A stretch of DNA of 64,000 nt. Origin: Verrucomicrobiota bacterium. GTDB lineage: Bacteria; Verrucomicrobiota; Kiritimatiellia; CAIQIC01; JAGNIJ01. Where the stretch lies: assembly GCA_022710725.1 (NCBI GenBank), contig JAKLGK010000001.1, positions 113,010 to 177,009 on the forward strand, given 5' to 3'. Within the stretch, counting starts at the first letter, position 1; the number at the start of each line of letters is the position of its first letter. The notes below the pieces were generated by a model that ran no database searches, had not been told where the DNA came from, and saw only the letters and a program-made list of their open reading frames with translations. Positions 38,601 to 50,100 of the stretch are shown here, one piece after another. The translations under genes and the position numbers were made by a program.

Positions 38601-39314
38601 TCATATCTGGCGGAACAGGGAGCCGATGATTTCGGAGGGCGAGGCGTCGCCGGGCGTCTCGATCACCAGGGCGGTTCCGCCGAAGTCCTCGAAGACGGTG
38701 AGTTCGTCGGGCAGCGCGACGCAACTCATGCCGGCCATGACCGCGCCGCGGGCGACCCGCCCGCTGGCGGCCAGCGCGCCGCAACCGCGGGGCCGCCGCT
38801 GGATCGAGCGCGCGGCCTTGACCCACGTATCCGGCGTCGGGAAATCGGCCGCGGCATCCTTGACAAGGAACAGCGTGACGCCCATCTCCTCCAGGCCCAG
38901 CCGCCCGGCGATCGCGCGGGCTGCATCTTCCGGCAGGCTCGTCAGGGCCAGGGCGGGGATGCGGCGCTGGGCGGCGGCCTTCAGGACGCTGGCCAGGGCG
39001 GGATTCAGCCCGGCCTTGTCGGCCGCCAGCTTGTCCAGGACGCGCTGCTGGACCGCTTTTTGCGATTCCGCGTCGCCGCCCAAAATCGCGGGCAGGCTGG
39101 CCGCCGGCGAACCCGTCAGGCCGTGGCGCATGAACAACCGGTCGTCAAACTTCTCCTTGCTCTCCTGGGCGTGGCGGCGAAGCGCGTCGGAGAGGACCTG
39201 CCGGCCGTTTACAGCCAGGTCTTCGAGGACGAAGAGCAGCGCATAGGGAACAACGGCTTCATTCTTGTCCCCGTCATTTTCGGCGACCGGCTTGGCTTCC
39301 GTCTTTGCGACCAT
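38601..39314 (-). CDS. HAD-fold (beta-phosphoglucomutase-like) protein with degenerate catalytic motifs
   Basis: The C-terminal 'PTPDTW...RRPRGCGALAASGRVARGAVMAGMSCVALPDE' aligns to HAD subfamily IA motifs III/IV. Motif I reads 'FVLEDLAV' instead of DxDG, and motif IV ED/DS is replaced by AAS. Confidence 0.5.
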   Translation of the reverse strand: MVAKTEAKPVAENDGDKNEAVVPYALLFVLEDLAVNGRQVLSDALRRHAQESKEKFDDRLFMRHGLTGSPAASLPAILGGDAESQKAVQQRVLDKLAADKAGLNPALASVLKAAAQRRIPALALTSLPEDAARAIAGRLGLEEMGVTLFLVKDAAADFPTPDTWVKAARSIQRRPRGCGALAASGRVARGAVMAGMSCVALPDELTVFEDFGGTALVIETPGDASPSEIIGSLFRQI

Positions 39315-39411
39315 GGCGGCGTTGCTCCTTCTATCTGGGGGTTCTCCCCGCGACTACCGGCCGGTCAGGCCACGAGGGCTTCCGGCCGGGAACATGAAAA
39401 GCGCGGACAGT

Positions 39412-39882
39412 CTAGGGGCTCGAGGGCCCGCGGTCAAGCGTCGACTCCGGCGGCGGGGCGCCGGGCGGGGGGCCGGACAAGCCCTCCAGCGCGCGCTGGT
39501 AGCATTCGGGGCAGACGCCGTGCGTGAACTCGGCCAGCGTGCGGGTCTCGATGAAGTCCTCCATGCGCCGCCAGGCCTGCTCGTCCACCTGCACGCGCCG
39601 GCAGTAGGAGCAGATCTTGATGAGGCCCTTGAGCGCCCGCTTCTGCTGCACGTAGGCGTGGCCGATCGAGACGAAGCCGACCACGATCACGGCGGCCGTC
39701 AGCACGCAGGCGCGGTACCAGTTGAACCGGCCTTCGGGCAGCCGGAAAAGCAGGTTCGGCAGGTCCAGCACCGCGTCCGCCCAGATCAGGCTGACCAGCA
39801 GGAGAAAGGCCATGAACTGCCAGAAGGCGATATACGCGAGCGGCCCGCCTGGGCGCTGCCGCTTGACCTTCCGCCCGGGCAT
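39412..39882 (-). CDS. small membrane protein with C-terminal CxxC...CxxC zinc-ribbon
   Basis: Two hydrophobic helices are followed by 'CSYCRR...CPECYQ'. It lies 4 nt downstream of the esterase gene. Confidence 0.5.
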   Translation of the reverse strand: MPGRKVKRQRPGGPLAYIAFWQFMAFLLLVSLIWADAVLDLPNLLFRLPEGRFNWYRACVLTAAVIVVGFVSIGHAYVQQKRALKGLIKICSYCRRVQVDEQAWRRMEDFIETRTLAEFTHGVCPECYQRALEGLSGPPPGAPPPESTLDRGPSSP

Positions 39883-39885
39883 ACC

Positions 39886-41010
39886 CTACCCCTTTCCGTA
39901 CAGGAAGCGGAGCCAGGCGCCGGTATGGCGGGCCCAGGACTCCTCGTGGTGCCGCCCCTCGAGGTCCTCCACCACGGCCAACCGCGCGCCCGGCTCCACG
40001 CCCCGCGTTTTCAGCAAGGCCAACATCTCGGACATCCCCTCGGCCAGTTCCCGCTCGAGCGGATCGCCCAGCCCGCAGTAAAGGAACAGGCGGATGCCGG
40101 GGACCGCCGCCGCGTTCCGCACCAGGTCCGGGCAGAAACGGTCGCCTTGGAAACGGAAGGCCGGGGAGAGGCAGGCCGCGGCGGAGAACACGTCGGGCCG
40201 GCTCCACGCGAGGAAGAAGGAGATGGTTCCGCCCAGCGACGCGCCGGCCACGGCCGTGGAGGCCGCCCCCGGCAGCGTCCGGTACTCCCGGTCCACCCAC
40301 GGCTTGAGCTCCTCGACCAGGAACCGCGCGTAGGACGCGCCGGCCAGCGATGGATGATACTCCGGCTCCCGGTCGGCGGTGGAATAGACGGCCACGGCGA
40401 TGATCTCCTCCATTTCGCCGGCGGCCATCAGCCGCGCGCACCACTCGTCCACTTCCCAGTCCTGGTTCCCGGACGAAGTCTGCGGGTCGAACACCTGCTG
40501 GCCGTCCTGGAGATAGCACACCGGGTAGCGCCGGTCGGGCTGCTGGGCATAGGACGGCGGCAGCCAGACGATGACGGTGCGGTCGAAGCGGAGGAACGCG
40601 GAACGGAATCCCTCGTGAACCCGGTAGCTCCCCGTGATCTTCGGCGTCCGGGCCCGGGCGGCGTCCCGCCAGCGCAGGACCGTGCGCCGCACCACGGCCT
40701 CCCCGCCCGGTTCCAGCCTGTGGTTCTCCGGGATCTTCCCGTCGTCCCCGACCTCCTCGGTATCCCACGAGCCCCGGGTGATCTTGAATTCCAGGGGCTC
40801 CCGGGAAGAACAGGCGGCCGCGCCGACCCACAGGTCATCCGAGGCCCTCGTCAGGGGCAGGCCGTCCGGCCGCCACGAACCGACGACCTCCTGGCTGCCG
40901 GCGACGAACACCTGCTCGCCGGCCGGGAGCGGCGCGCGGGTGCTGATCTCGAATCGTACGAGCCTGGGTTTCGACATGGCCAGCGCCTCCGGATTTTCGC
41001 CCGGGCCCAT
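39886..41010 (-). CDS. secreted alpha/beta-hydrolase esterase (PF00756-type) with N-terminal Ig-like/carbohydrate-binding domain
   Basis: N-terminal beta-sandwich 'VRFEISTRAPLPAGEQVFVAGS...EFKITRGSWDTEEV' (CBM20/E-set-like). The esterase core has the nucleophile motif 'AGASLGG' and 'PWVDREYRT'. An alternative start is the Met at 40977. Confidence 0.75.
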   Translation of the reverse strand: MGPGENPEALAMSKPRLVRFEISTRAPLPAGEQVFVAGSQEVVGSWRPDGLPLTRASDDLWVGAAACSSREPLEFKITRGSWDTEEVGDDGKIPENHRLEPGGEAVVRRTVLRWRDAARARTPKITGSYRVHEGFRSAFLRFDRTVIVWLPPSYAQQPDRRYPVCYLQDGQQVFDPQTSSGNQDWEVDEWCARLMAAGEMEEIIAVAVYSTADREPEYHPSLAGASYARFLVEELKPWVDREYRTLPGAASTAVAGASLGGTISFFLAWSRPDVFSAAACLSPAFRFQGDRFCPDLVRNAAAVPGIRLFLYCGLGDPLERELAEGMSEMLALLKTRGVEPGARLAVVEDLEGRHHEESWARHTGAWLRFLYGKG

Positions 41011-41049
41011 TATGGACCAACGCCGCCGGCATGGCTAGCCCGCAGACGG

Positions 41050-41085
41050 CAAAAAAGAAGAGGCGGGCCGCCGCCGGCCCGCCTC
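41050..41085 (-). terminator. rho-independent terminator of the giant gene
   Basis: On the minus strand: GAGGCGGGCC-GGCGGC-GGCCCGCCTC followed by TTCTTTTTTG. It begins 25 nt after the stop at 41110 and separates the giant gene from the esterase gene. Confidence 0.7.
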
Positions 41086-41109
41086 GCGAACGCCACCCGG
41101 GGCCGCCCG

Positions 41110-44100
41110 CTACGGATTCATCAGGCGAGTGGGCAAGCTGTACGGCGGCACGTTGGTCCACGTCCACGGCGTGGTGGACCCGCGCGTCCAGATCAGGAAC
41201 CCGTCGTCCGGCGAGATGGTGAAGCCGGCCGCCGACGAGTTGTTGACGTATTCCCACCGCGAGCGCGTGGTGTTGTAATACACGTCAAAGCCGACGCCCT
41301 GTTGCTGCCGGTTGAGCTTGCGGATTCGGTCCGCGGACATCGAGCCTACGCCGCCCTTGAAACCGGAGGCCAGCAGGTTCATTTGAGCCGGGCTCATCGT
41401 GCAGGGCAGGCGCATGTTCACGAGGTTATACGCTCCGTTCGGCTGGATGACCTGCGTCTGGTTGTTCGTCGGCACCCGGCCGATGAACATGAGGAGATAG
41501 GTCTGCGTCTCGTTGGTCGGGATGTTGATGGCCACGCTCTCGTCGAACGGGAACGCATAGTGGTCGGCCACTTGGTTCATGCCGCCCCAGCCCTGGCCCG
41601 TGCGCCACTCGTTGGAGGAGCCCCAGTCCAGGAGGTAGACATCCTTCTGCACCGTCTCGTTGGTCAGGCGGCTGTACCAGGTCACGATCGTGCTGTGCGG
41701 ATCGGTGTACGCCGAGCCGCCCGGCAGGTAATGGCCCAGCACGTTCTTCAGCGTGTTGGAGTCCGGGACCACCGGCAGGCCGACCCAGTTCTGGCCGGGA
41801 TACAGCGTGACGGTCCGCAGGCCGTACACCTCCTCGCTGGCCACGCGCGGCGAGCGGTTGGTCATCCAGCGGTCCTTGGAGGCGGCGCGGTAGAAGCGCA
41901 TGTTGGAGGTCAGCAGCGTCGGCGCCGTGCGATTCAGACCGCCCGTGTCGGACAGCGAGTTGGTGAACCCGCTCTGCAGGAACTGCCACTGGTTGGACAT
42001 CCCGTCGTTGAAGCTGCTGCCGTCCACCCACAGCAGGTCGTACTCGCGGTTCACCCCGCCGGACTGGTTCGTCGCGGCCACCCAGAAGATCTCCGAGTAG
42101 CGGATGTCCCCGCTGGTGGCCTTGACCAGGCCCTGCGTGACGTTGAAGCCCGGGAGCACGATCACCACCTCGTCCGACAGCGGCCCCTCGTTGCCCGCCC
42201 GGTCGCGGCCGACGATGCGGAACTTGTAGTCGGAGCCGAAGATCAGGTTCGACAGGGTGACCGTCGAGACCGACATGTTCGTCAGGGCCGCCTGCCCCGT
42301 GTACCCGTCGAAGTAGGCGCTGCTCGTGGTCACGGTGGACCCGTCTTCGCTGAAGTAGATCCGGTACGAGTTCCACGGCGACAGCGTCGCGCCGTCCGGC
42401 CGGTTGCCGGCGTTGGCCGCGGCGGTCCAGTTCAACTCGACCTCCGTGGTCGGGTCCTCGCCCTCGTCCACCGTGATCCCCATGATCTGCGGCGGGGCGT
42501 GCTGGTCCAGCCGCGTGACGAAGTTGGTCGTCTCGCTCATCTGGCCGTCGAAGGCGCGGTCGTGGTCGGCGTCCACGGCGAAGAGCCGGTTGGTGATCTC
42601 GCCTTCGGCCACGCCGGTGATGATCCGGCTCACGGGCATCTCCGTGCCGTTGGTCAGCGAAGCGGGCGCGTTCGTGTCGTACCGGTAGTGCAGGATCCCG
42701 GACGCGTCGCTGGAATCGGTGAACGACAGCGTGAACGAGTTGGCGTTCGTCCAGTCGGTCGGGCTGACGCTCAACGCCGTGGGCGCGGTCGGCGCGTTGG
42801 TGTCGTCGTCGTACACCACCAGCCAGCCGGCGTTGAGGTTGGTGCGGGCCTGGTCGCCCGGCCGGTCGTTGTCCGAATCCAGCGCGTGCAGCACGATGGC
42901 GTTGCTGTGGCCGGCGGCATCCCAGAACTGGCCCACCTGGTTGGAGGTGAACGTGGTGAACGCCCAGTAGCTGGTCGCGTTCTGGGCGGCGATGCGGGTC
43001 TCGCCGATGGACGAACTCCAGCCCGAGCTGTAATTCGCGGTGTTGCTGGACACCACGGAGCCGATGCTGATGTGCGTGTTCGTCAGGGTGCGCCCGTCCG
43101 AAGTGGTCGTCGCGGTCGTATCGCGCTGCAGGCCCAGGACGTTGTCGTCGCCGAGGTCGTAGCTGTGGAAGCCGAGCATCAGCTGGCTCGATCCGGACAC
43201 CCCGGCCAGTTCGCCGTCGGACACGGCATACACCTGGTTGGACGCGTCTTCCGGGTGCGTGGAATAGGTCCACAGGTTGGACGTCGGGGCGCCGGGGCTC
43301 GGCCCGAGGAGCACGGTCAGCGCGTTCGTGTTCGCGGTCTGATTCGTCGGGAACTGCAGGATCGCCGGCGACGGGTCGTTGTCCTTCCAGGCGATGTACC
43401 CGACCTGGTAGGCCGTCAGCACCGAGGCGTCGTCCGGGCGGTCCTTGTCCGTGTCGGAGACGCTCACCGTGACCTTGCTCGTCGTGCCCACGAAGCTCAT
43501 GTCCCCGAACGAGGTGAAGACCCAGACGTTGGTCGCCGCGGGGTTGTTCGTCGTGCTGGCGCTGCTCGAGGCCAGGGAGAGGTAGGAGACATCGTTCGTG
43601 ATGAAGCCCTCGATGGTCAGGGTCAGGTTCGACAGGGCCTCCGTCCCGCTGCGGTGGTAGCCGCTCTCGTCGTACAGGTTGATGTGCAGGTACGGGGTGT
43701 TCGTGCTGCCCACGTTCTGCATCATGCGGTCGTTCAGGCTCCAGCGCCGGTTCGTCGAGACGCCCGCTGCCGAGGCGTTGGTCGTGCCCTGGTACAGCAC
43801 CATGGGCCCGTGCAGGTTCGGGTAATCGAACGGCTTGTCTTTCGTCATGCTCTGGAAGATCGTCCCGCCCACCGGCGGATTGGTGTCGTCGTCGATGACC
43901 GTCACGGCGATCTGCTGCGTGTACTGAAGGTTGTCGTCCGGCCGGTCGTTGTCGGCGTCCGCCGCGTACACGCTGGCGGTGTGCACGCCCAGCACGATGT
44001 TCGCGAACGCCACCGACAGGTTCGTCGCGTAGAGGTTCGCCCACTCGCCGATGGTCTGGCTGGCGTTGGTCGGGCCGATGTTGAACGGCTGCTGGTTGAA

Positions 44101-47100
44101 CAGCGAGGCGCCGGCCGGGGTCACCAGGTCGAACCGCGTCCCGTACGTCGGGTGGCGGTTGCTGTAGACGCCGCTGGTCGCGTCCGTGACGCGCGCGGTG
44201 ATCGACAGCGTGCCCTGGTTCAGGTCCTGGTCGCTGACCAGGCCGGAGCCCGGCAGCGGGGCCAGGCTGCCCTGCAGCCGCAGGTTGTCCACGCGCCACG
44301 ATCCGGTCGAGCCCGTCGCGTTCGTCGCGTGCAGGCGGAAGGTGACGGCGCCCTCCAGCGACGACAGGCTCAACGCCGTGCTGTTCGTCTTCCAGTTCGT
44401 GTCGGCGTGGTTGCCGCTGGCCAGGGCGGTCGCGTAGCTGTCGCCGCTGTACAGGAAGTACCAGTCGGTGGGGCCGGTGCTGGAGCGGTTGTCCATGAAC
44501 GTCAGGTTCGTCACCGTCAGCGCGTAGCCGGACTCCACCGTCAGCGTGAAGTCGAGGTACTGGTACGCCTGGTAGAACTTGCTGGTGACCGCGCAATAGC
44601 CCGGATTGCCCGTGCCCTGGTTGATGGCGTCCACGCCCCCGCCGAGGACCGCGCCGGCGGTGACATGGGCGACGACCGTGTCCGCGTTGGTCGTGAACGT
44701 GTACGTCGTTTCATCGACGGGGATGTCGAAGTCGTACAGCACCATCGTGCCGTTCTCGGTCAGCCCGGCGCCCGTACCGAGGGCCGTCAGGTTCGTGAAC
44801 AGCGGCGCGTCGGCGTCGTCGTCGGTGACGGCCACCGGCATGGCCAGCGAGCCGTCCTGGTTGTCGTTGAGCCGGTCGAAGTCGAAGTCCGTGACGTAGA
44901 CCACCGCGCTGTACGTGCCGATGTTGATGTAGTTCCACATGCCCGTGGATGCCGTCCGCGTCAGGGCCTGGGTCGTCACGGGCACCCCGTTCGGGAAACC
45001 CACCGACATCGCGTTGGACAGCGCCATGTCGCCGTCCGCGTTATACAGCAGGAAGTGCGGCGCGCTCGCGTAGGCGTTGTTCGTGGCCAGCAGGCCGGAG
45101 GTGTAGTCGGACACCACGTCCACCACCGTGTACTGGCCCGTGGACACCTGCGCGTCCGTCAGGTTCGGCGTCTGCCACTCCATGCCGCCCTGGCTGGTGA
45201 CGCTGAACGCGAAGTTACTGAAATTCAGATCCGTTGCGCTAGCCGCCACCTGCCAGTTGTTGGAGTCGCTGATTGAGGCGAGCAACTCGGAGGACGAGCC
45301 GGTCAGCCTCCCCGTGTAGATAATATTGACCGACTCGGCACCGCCCACGCTGACGGCGGTCACGCCGTTCGTCAAACCACGGTACAGGGCCGAGCACAAG
45401 TTGTTGGTCGGAACGATCGGCAGGTACCACCCGTCCGCCTGTGGCGCGGTGTTCGTGCCGAGCATGTTGACGGCGTACAGGAACGTGACGCGGTCCGGAT
45501 CGTTGGAGGCGTTGACCGAGCCGTTGTACTGGTACACGGTGACCTGGTCGCCGCCCGAGTTGATGTCCTGCAAGCCCAGTTCGAACACCTGCCCGACGTC
45601 CGCGTCGCCCGTCGCGATCCACAGGTTCGTGTGGAACTCGGTCACGCGGTGCCAGTTGGTCCCCGCGTTGTCCGCCCAGCCGCAGTCGGTGAAGTGGACG
45701 ATCGTCCCCGCCGGGAACGGGGCCAGGACCACGAAGGCGAACTTCTCGATCTTGGCGCTGGGCGAGCCGTTGACGCCGACGACGGCGATGTTGCCGGGCA
45801 GCAGGTTGGTGCTGCCGTACCCGCCGACGCCGTCGATGGTGAACTGGGTATGGCTCGGGGCGACCGAGTCGTCGTCCGTGACCTGGAGGTAGCCGAAGAC
45901 GACGTTGGAGGCCACGCTCGCGTCGTCGGTCCGGTCGTGGTCGGTGTCGCGCAGCGTCAGCATCACCGGGTTGGTTTCGCCGGCGGAGCCCGACCCGTCG
46001 CCGGCCCAGAGGGCCGTCATGTCGCTGAAGGCCAGCGAGTCCCAGTGCCAGGCCAGGACCGTGTTGGTCTCGGTCGTGTCGCCCACCGTGCTGCGGCTGG
46101 CGCTGTAGTTGGCGATGTTGTTGGTCTGCCAGCTCGAGGAACCGACGGAGAGCGAGGTGTTCGTGTCCGCGGAGCCCGCGGCGCTCAACTGCAGGCCGCT
46201 GTAGTAGTCGTAGGCGTTGAACAGCAGCGTCAGCGGCGTGCCGGTCATGCCGCCGTCCGTGCCCGTGTAGATCACGGACTGGCCGGAGCCCGAGGCGGTC
46301 AGCAGGGCCGTGGCGTTGGACGCCAGGAGCGTACGGCTGCTCGCCCACTGCGCGCCGTAGGCGAACGTCGGCACGTCGTCGTCGTCGTCCGTGACGTTGA
46401 TCCGGATCAGCTCGTTCGTGCTGACGTTGCGCGCCGTGTTGGGCCCGTCCTCGCAGTAGCCGCCGTAGGTGGCGGCCGGCGCCCCGTAGCTGTTCCACGA
46501 GCCATACGCCGCCCAGCTCCCGTTCTCGGTGCACCCGTCCTCCGAGCTGACGGTCAGGTAGTACTCGATCGTCTCGTCATAGCCGCTGATGGTGAAGGCG
46601 TTGTGCACCCAGGCCGTGATGCTCGGCGAGGAGTTCCCCGCCGACGAGGCGATGTTGCTGCCGTAAAACACCGCGTCGTAACCCAGTTCGTTGGAGGAGC
46701 CGTCCGAATAGAGGCGGAACACGTCCCAGTTCGGCGACACGCGGCCGTCGTCGGAGACGATGTTCCACGTGAAGTTACTGGGCGCAGGCCCGCTGTTGTT
46801 CTGCCTGTTCGTCGCGTACACGCCGCTCGGGTCCTCGATCTTGATGGCGAACCCGATCGCGTTGACCGCCTGCTGGATCTCGGCGTCGGTGATGGACTGG
46901 ATCGGCCCGTACTTGTCGATGTGCGCGTCGAAATCCCCGGCTAGATAGCCCGTCAGGTTGGTGCCGATGTACAGCAGGGTGTGCAACGGCCCCGTGATGT
47001 CGCCCTTGCCGCCGATGCGGAACATCTGGATCTGGCCGCTGGAGAGCGCGCCGGCCGTGTCGCGCGCCCGGACGCGCCACCAGTACTGCGTCGCCGACGT

Positions 47101-50100
47101 GGAGAGGGTGTAGTTCGTCTGGGTCGCCGGCAGGTTCACGCGGAGGAAGATCGAGCCGTTCTCCGTCGTGCCGCTCTCGCCGTTCAACGTTTCGTTCGTC
47201 CCGACCTCCAGGAAGTAGCCGGTGACCTGGCCGTCGCTGTCGGTCGAGGCGTTCCACCACAGCGTCGGGTTGGCGGTCGCGGCATAGTTGTTGGTCGGGA
47301 AGCCGACCGCCGGCGTGCTCGGGATCGAGTTGGCCACCACGCCGTTGGCGTCAAAGACGACGTCGAACCAGAAGTCGATGCTGTTGTCGCTGATGTCCTC
47401 CTGCCAAGCCGACTGCGAGAGGTCGCCGTCGTTGACCTGCTCCGGCGCGATGGAGGCCGCGTCGGCGGCGTCCGGCGTGCCCGCGAGGATCTGGACCGTG
47501 CCGTCGCCCGAGTTGTTCCACAGGTCGTTGTTCAGGAAGCTGGCGACCGTGAACCGGGCCGTGACGGGGCTGCTGACCAGCAGGTCGGAGCGGTTGATCC
47601 AGAACTCCATGGCGTTGTTCGCCGCGCTGGCCGCCGCCGCCGAGCCGGCCGGCGGGCCGTACCAGGTGCCGCCGTCGTCGGCGTACACTTCCACCTGCAT
47701 GGCGCCGTCGGCGCGGTGCACCGTGATGTTGCGCTGCGCGTAGTGCACGGCGGCCTGGCCACCGGCGAAGTAATTGCCGCCGTAGAAGGTCCCGGAGTCG
47801 TCGCCGATCCAGTTCATCGCGCCGCTCGCCGAGGACCGCCGCGTGTCCAGGCCGATGTTGATGTACGGGTGCTGGTCGGACGTGACGTCCCCGTACTTCA
47901 CCAGGAAGTAGACGTTGGTCGTGTCCGCGTAGATGCGGACCTCGCGGATGTCCGCGTTGGTCGTGTTGGCCACGTCCTTGCGCTCCTCGCCGCACTTGTC
48001 CTTCCAGATGAACTCGTTACGCGACACGGTCGACGCGTTGTAGGTGGAGCCCGCCGTGCCCTGCCAGTCCGCCGGGTTGCCGTCCACCACGATGGCCTGG
48101 CTGCCGCCCAGGGTCGAGGCGCTGTCCACCGTGCCGGTCGAGTAGTAGCTGTAGTTCTCGGAGTAGAACCGGTAGTAGTACGTCTGGGAGGACGCCAGGC
48201 CGGTGTCGTCGAAGCTGGACGCGTTGCCGCGGTAGACCACCGTGTCCGAGCCGAGCGTTTCGCCCGCGTAGTAGGCCGTGCCCGGCGTCGGCGCGGTGAA
48301 GCTGCCCGACGTGTTCCGGACGATCATCACGTCGTGGCCCACCGTGTTCTTGGTCCACGCCAGGTTGATCTGGCTGTTGGTGTTGACCGAGTCGCGCGTG
48401 GCCGAGACGGGATTCGGGTTGACCAGGGCATTGACCGTCAAGCTGCCGGACGGATTGGTGCTGATGACGCTGCAGCTCCCGCCGTAGGCGAGGTACACGA
48501 AGTCGTGCACGCCGGTCTTGGTCATCTGCGCGCTGTAGCTCCACCAGCTGTTGTTATTGTGGTTCGACGACCAGGCCATCGAGTAGGTCGAGGTGGTCTG
48601 GTCGGTCCAGCGGATCTGCAGGTCCGCGCTCTGGCCGGAGCCGATCGGGTAGGTCTGGCACTCGAACGTCAGCGAATTGCCGAGGTTCGTCACCGCCACC
48701 GGCACGTTGTTGCTGCCGATCCACGTGGGGCAGGTGACGCCGACCAGCTGCGACCAGTTCGTCGCCAGCCGGATCTCGTCGAAGTACACGTCGCCGATGC
48801 TCCCGCAGTCCGGGTTCAAGGCGCCGACGTTCAGCCGGATGCGGTCCACGGAATCGATGCCCGTGCCCAGCGTCCGGGTAACGTCCCAGCTCGTCGGCTC
48901 GCTGCTCGGGAACTCCGTCGCCGTCGGCAGGTTGTACGCGTTGGCCTGCAGATTCTTCGTGCTGAAGTCGTACTTGCCCAGCACGAGGTAGACGCTGCCC
49001 GTGTGCGCCTCGGCGCCGCCGCCGTACGGCCGCAGATCGTAGCCGGACCACGCGGTTCCGCCGTCGCCCGCCACCCCCAGGGTGTACCAGTTGGCGCCGC
49101 TGGCCTTGCCGAAGAACGCCTTCTCGGTCGCGCCGTTGTAGAAGCTCAACCCGGCCCACTTGTTCGAGCCGTAGTACTGGTAGGCCATCATGAAGGCGAC
49201 GTAGATCTGGCCGGAGTTGATCGCCGCGCCCAGGCTGCGCTCGGCGTAGCCGCTCGAGCCGTTGCCGAGGCCGGTGATCCGCATCAGGTTGCCCGCCATG
49301 TCCGTGTAGCCCTCGATGTTCACGAAGCGCGGGATCGCCGCGGCCTCGGCCGTAGGCGAGTTGGTCCGGATGCCCCAGCTGCCGCTGACCGCCCAGTAGT
49401 TGTCCCCGAAGCCCTTGCCGCCTTTCGTCGCGGTGCCCGGGGCCGTCGCGTTGGTATACGAGAACGGGTTGACGATCTCGTAGCTCTGGTAGCTCCCCAT
49501 CGTCACGTTCGCCGTCAGGCCCGTGGAGTAGTAGTTGACGGCGTTGTACGAGTAGAATTGGTAATACGCGCTCGACCCGTCCGCCACGACGTGCTCCAGC
49601 GTGTCCCCCGTGCCCTTGTAGATGACCGTCGCGCCGTCGATCGTGTCGTTCAGGCTGTAGGTCGTGCCGTCCGTCGGGTCGGTCGAGATGGCGCTGGTCT
49701 TGTACAGGATCATGACGCCGTTGCCGGCGCCGTTCTTCTCCCAGCCCAGCCGCACCATCTCGTTGCCGTCCGCCGTCGCCGACGCGCTCACCGGGTCTTC
49801 CGGTTTCGACGGGACCACGGCCAGCAGCTCGGACCAGTTCGTCGCTACGCGGACCTCGTCGAAGTACACCACGCCCGGCGTGCCGTACCCCTCCGACGCC
49901 CCGGCCCGCAGGCTGATGCCGTCGATCTGCGTGACGCCGCCGACGTTTAGGTACTCCGCGTCCCACGAGCCCGGCTCGCTGTCCGGCACGGAGTCGGCCC
50001 CGATCTTGTACGCCGACGCGTGGGCGTCGTCCGTCGAGAAGTCGTACCGCATGATAATGACGTAGTCGTTGCCGGAGCCGTAATCCAGCTTCTTGGTGCT

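Noticed and set aside
39265-45276. 2003-aa plus-strand ORF. Similar long plus-strand ORFs occur at 46981..49950, 50020..54024 and 55750..59328.
   Set aside because: They are antisense to the giant minus-strand gene. Their translations are Arg/Gly/Ala/Pro-rich low-complexity strings typical of out-of-frame or antisense reading of ~70% GC coding DNA, and they have no recognisable motifs.
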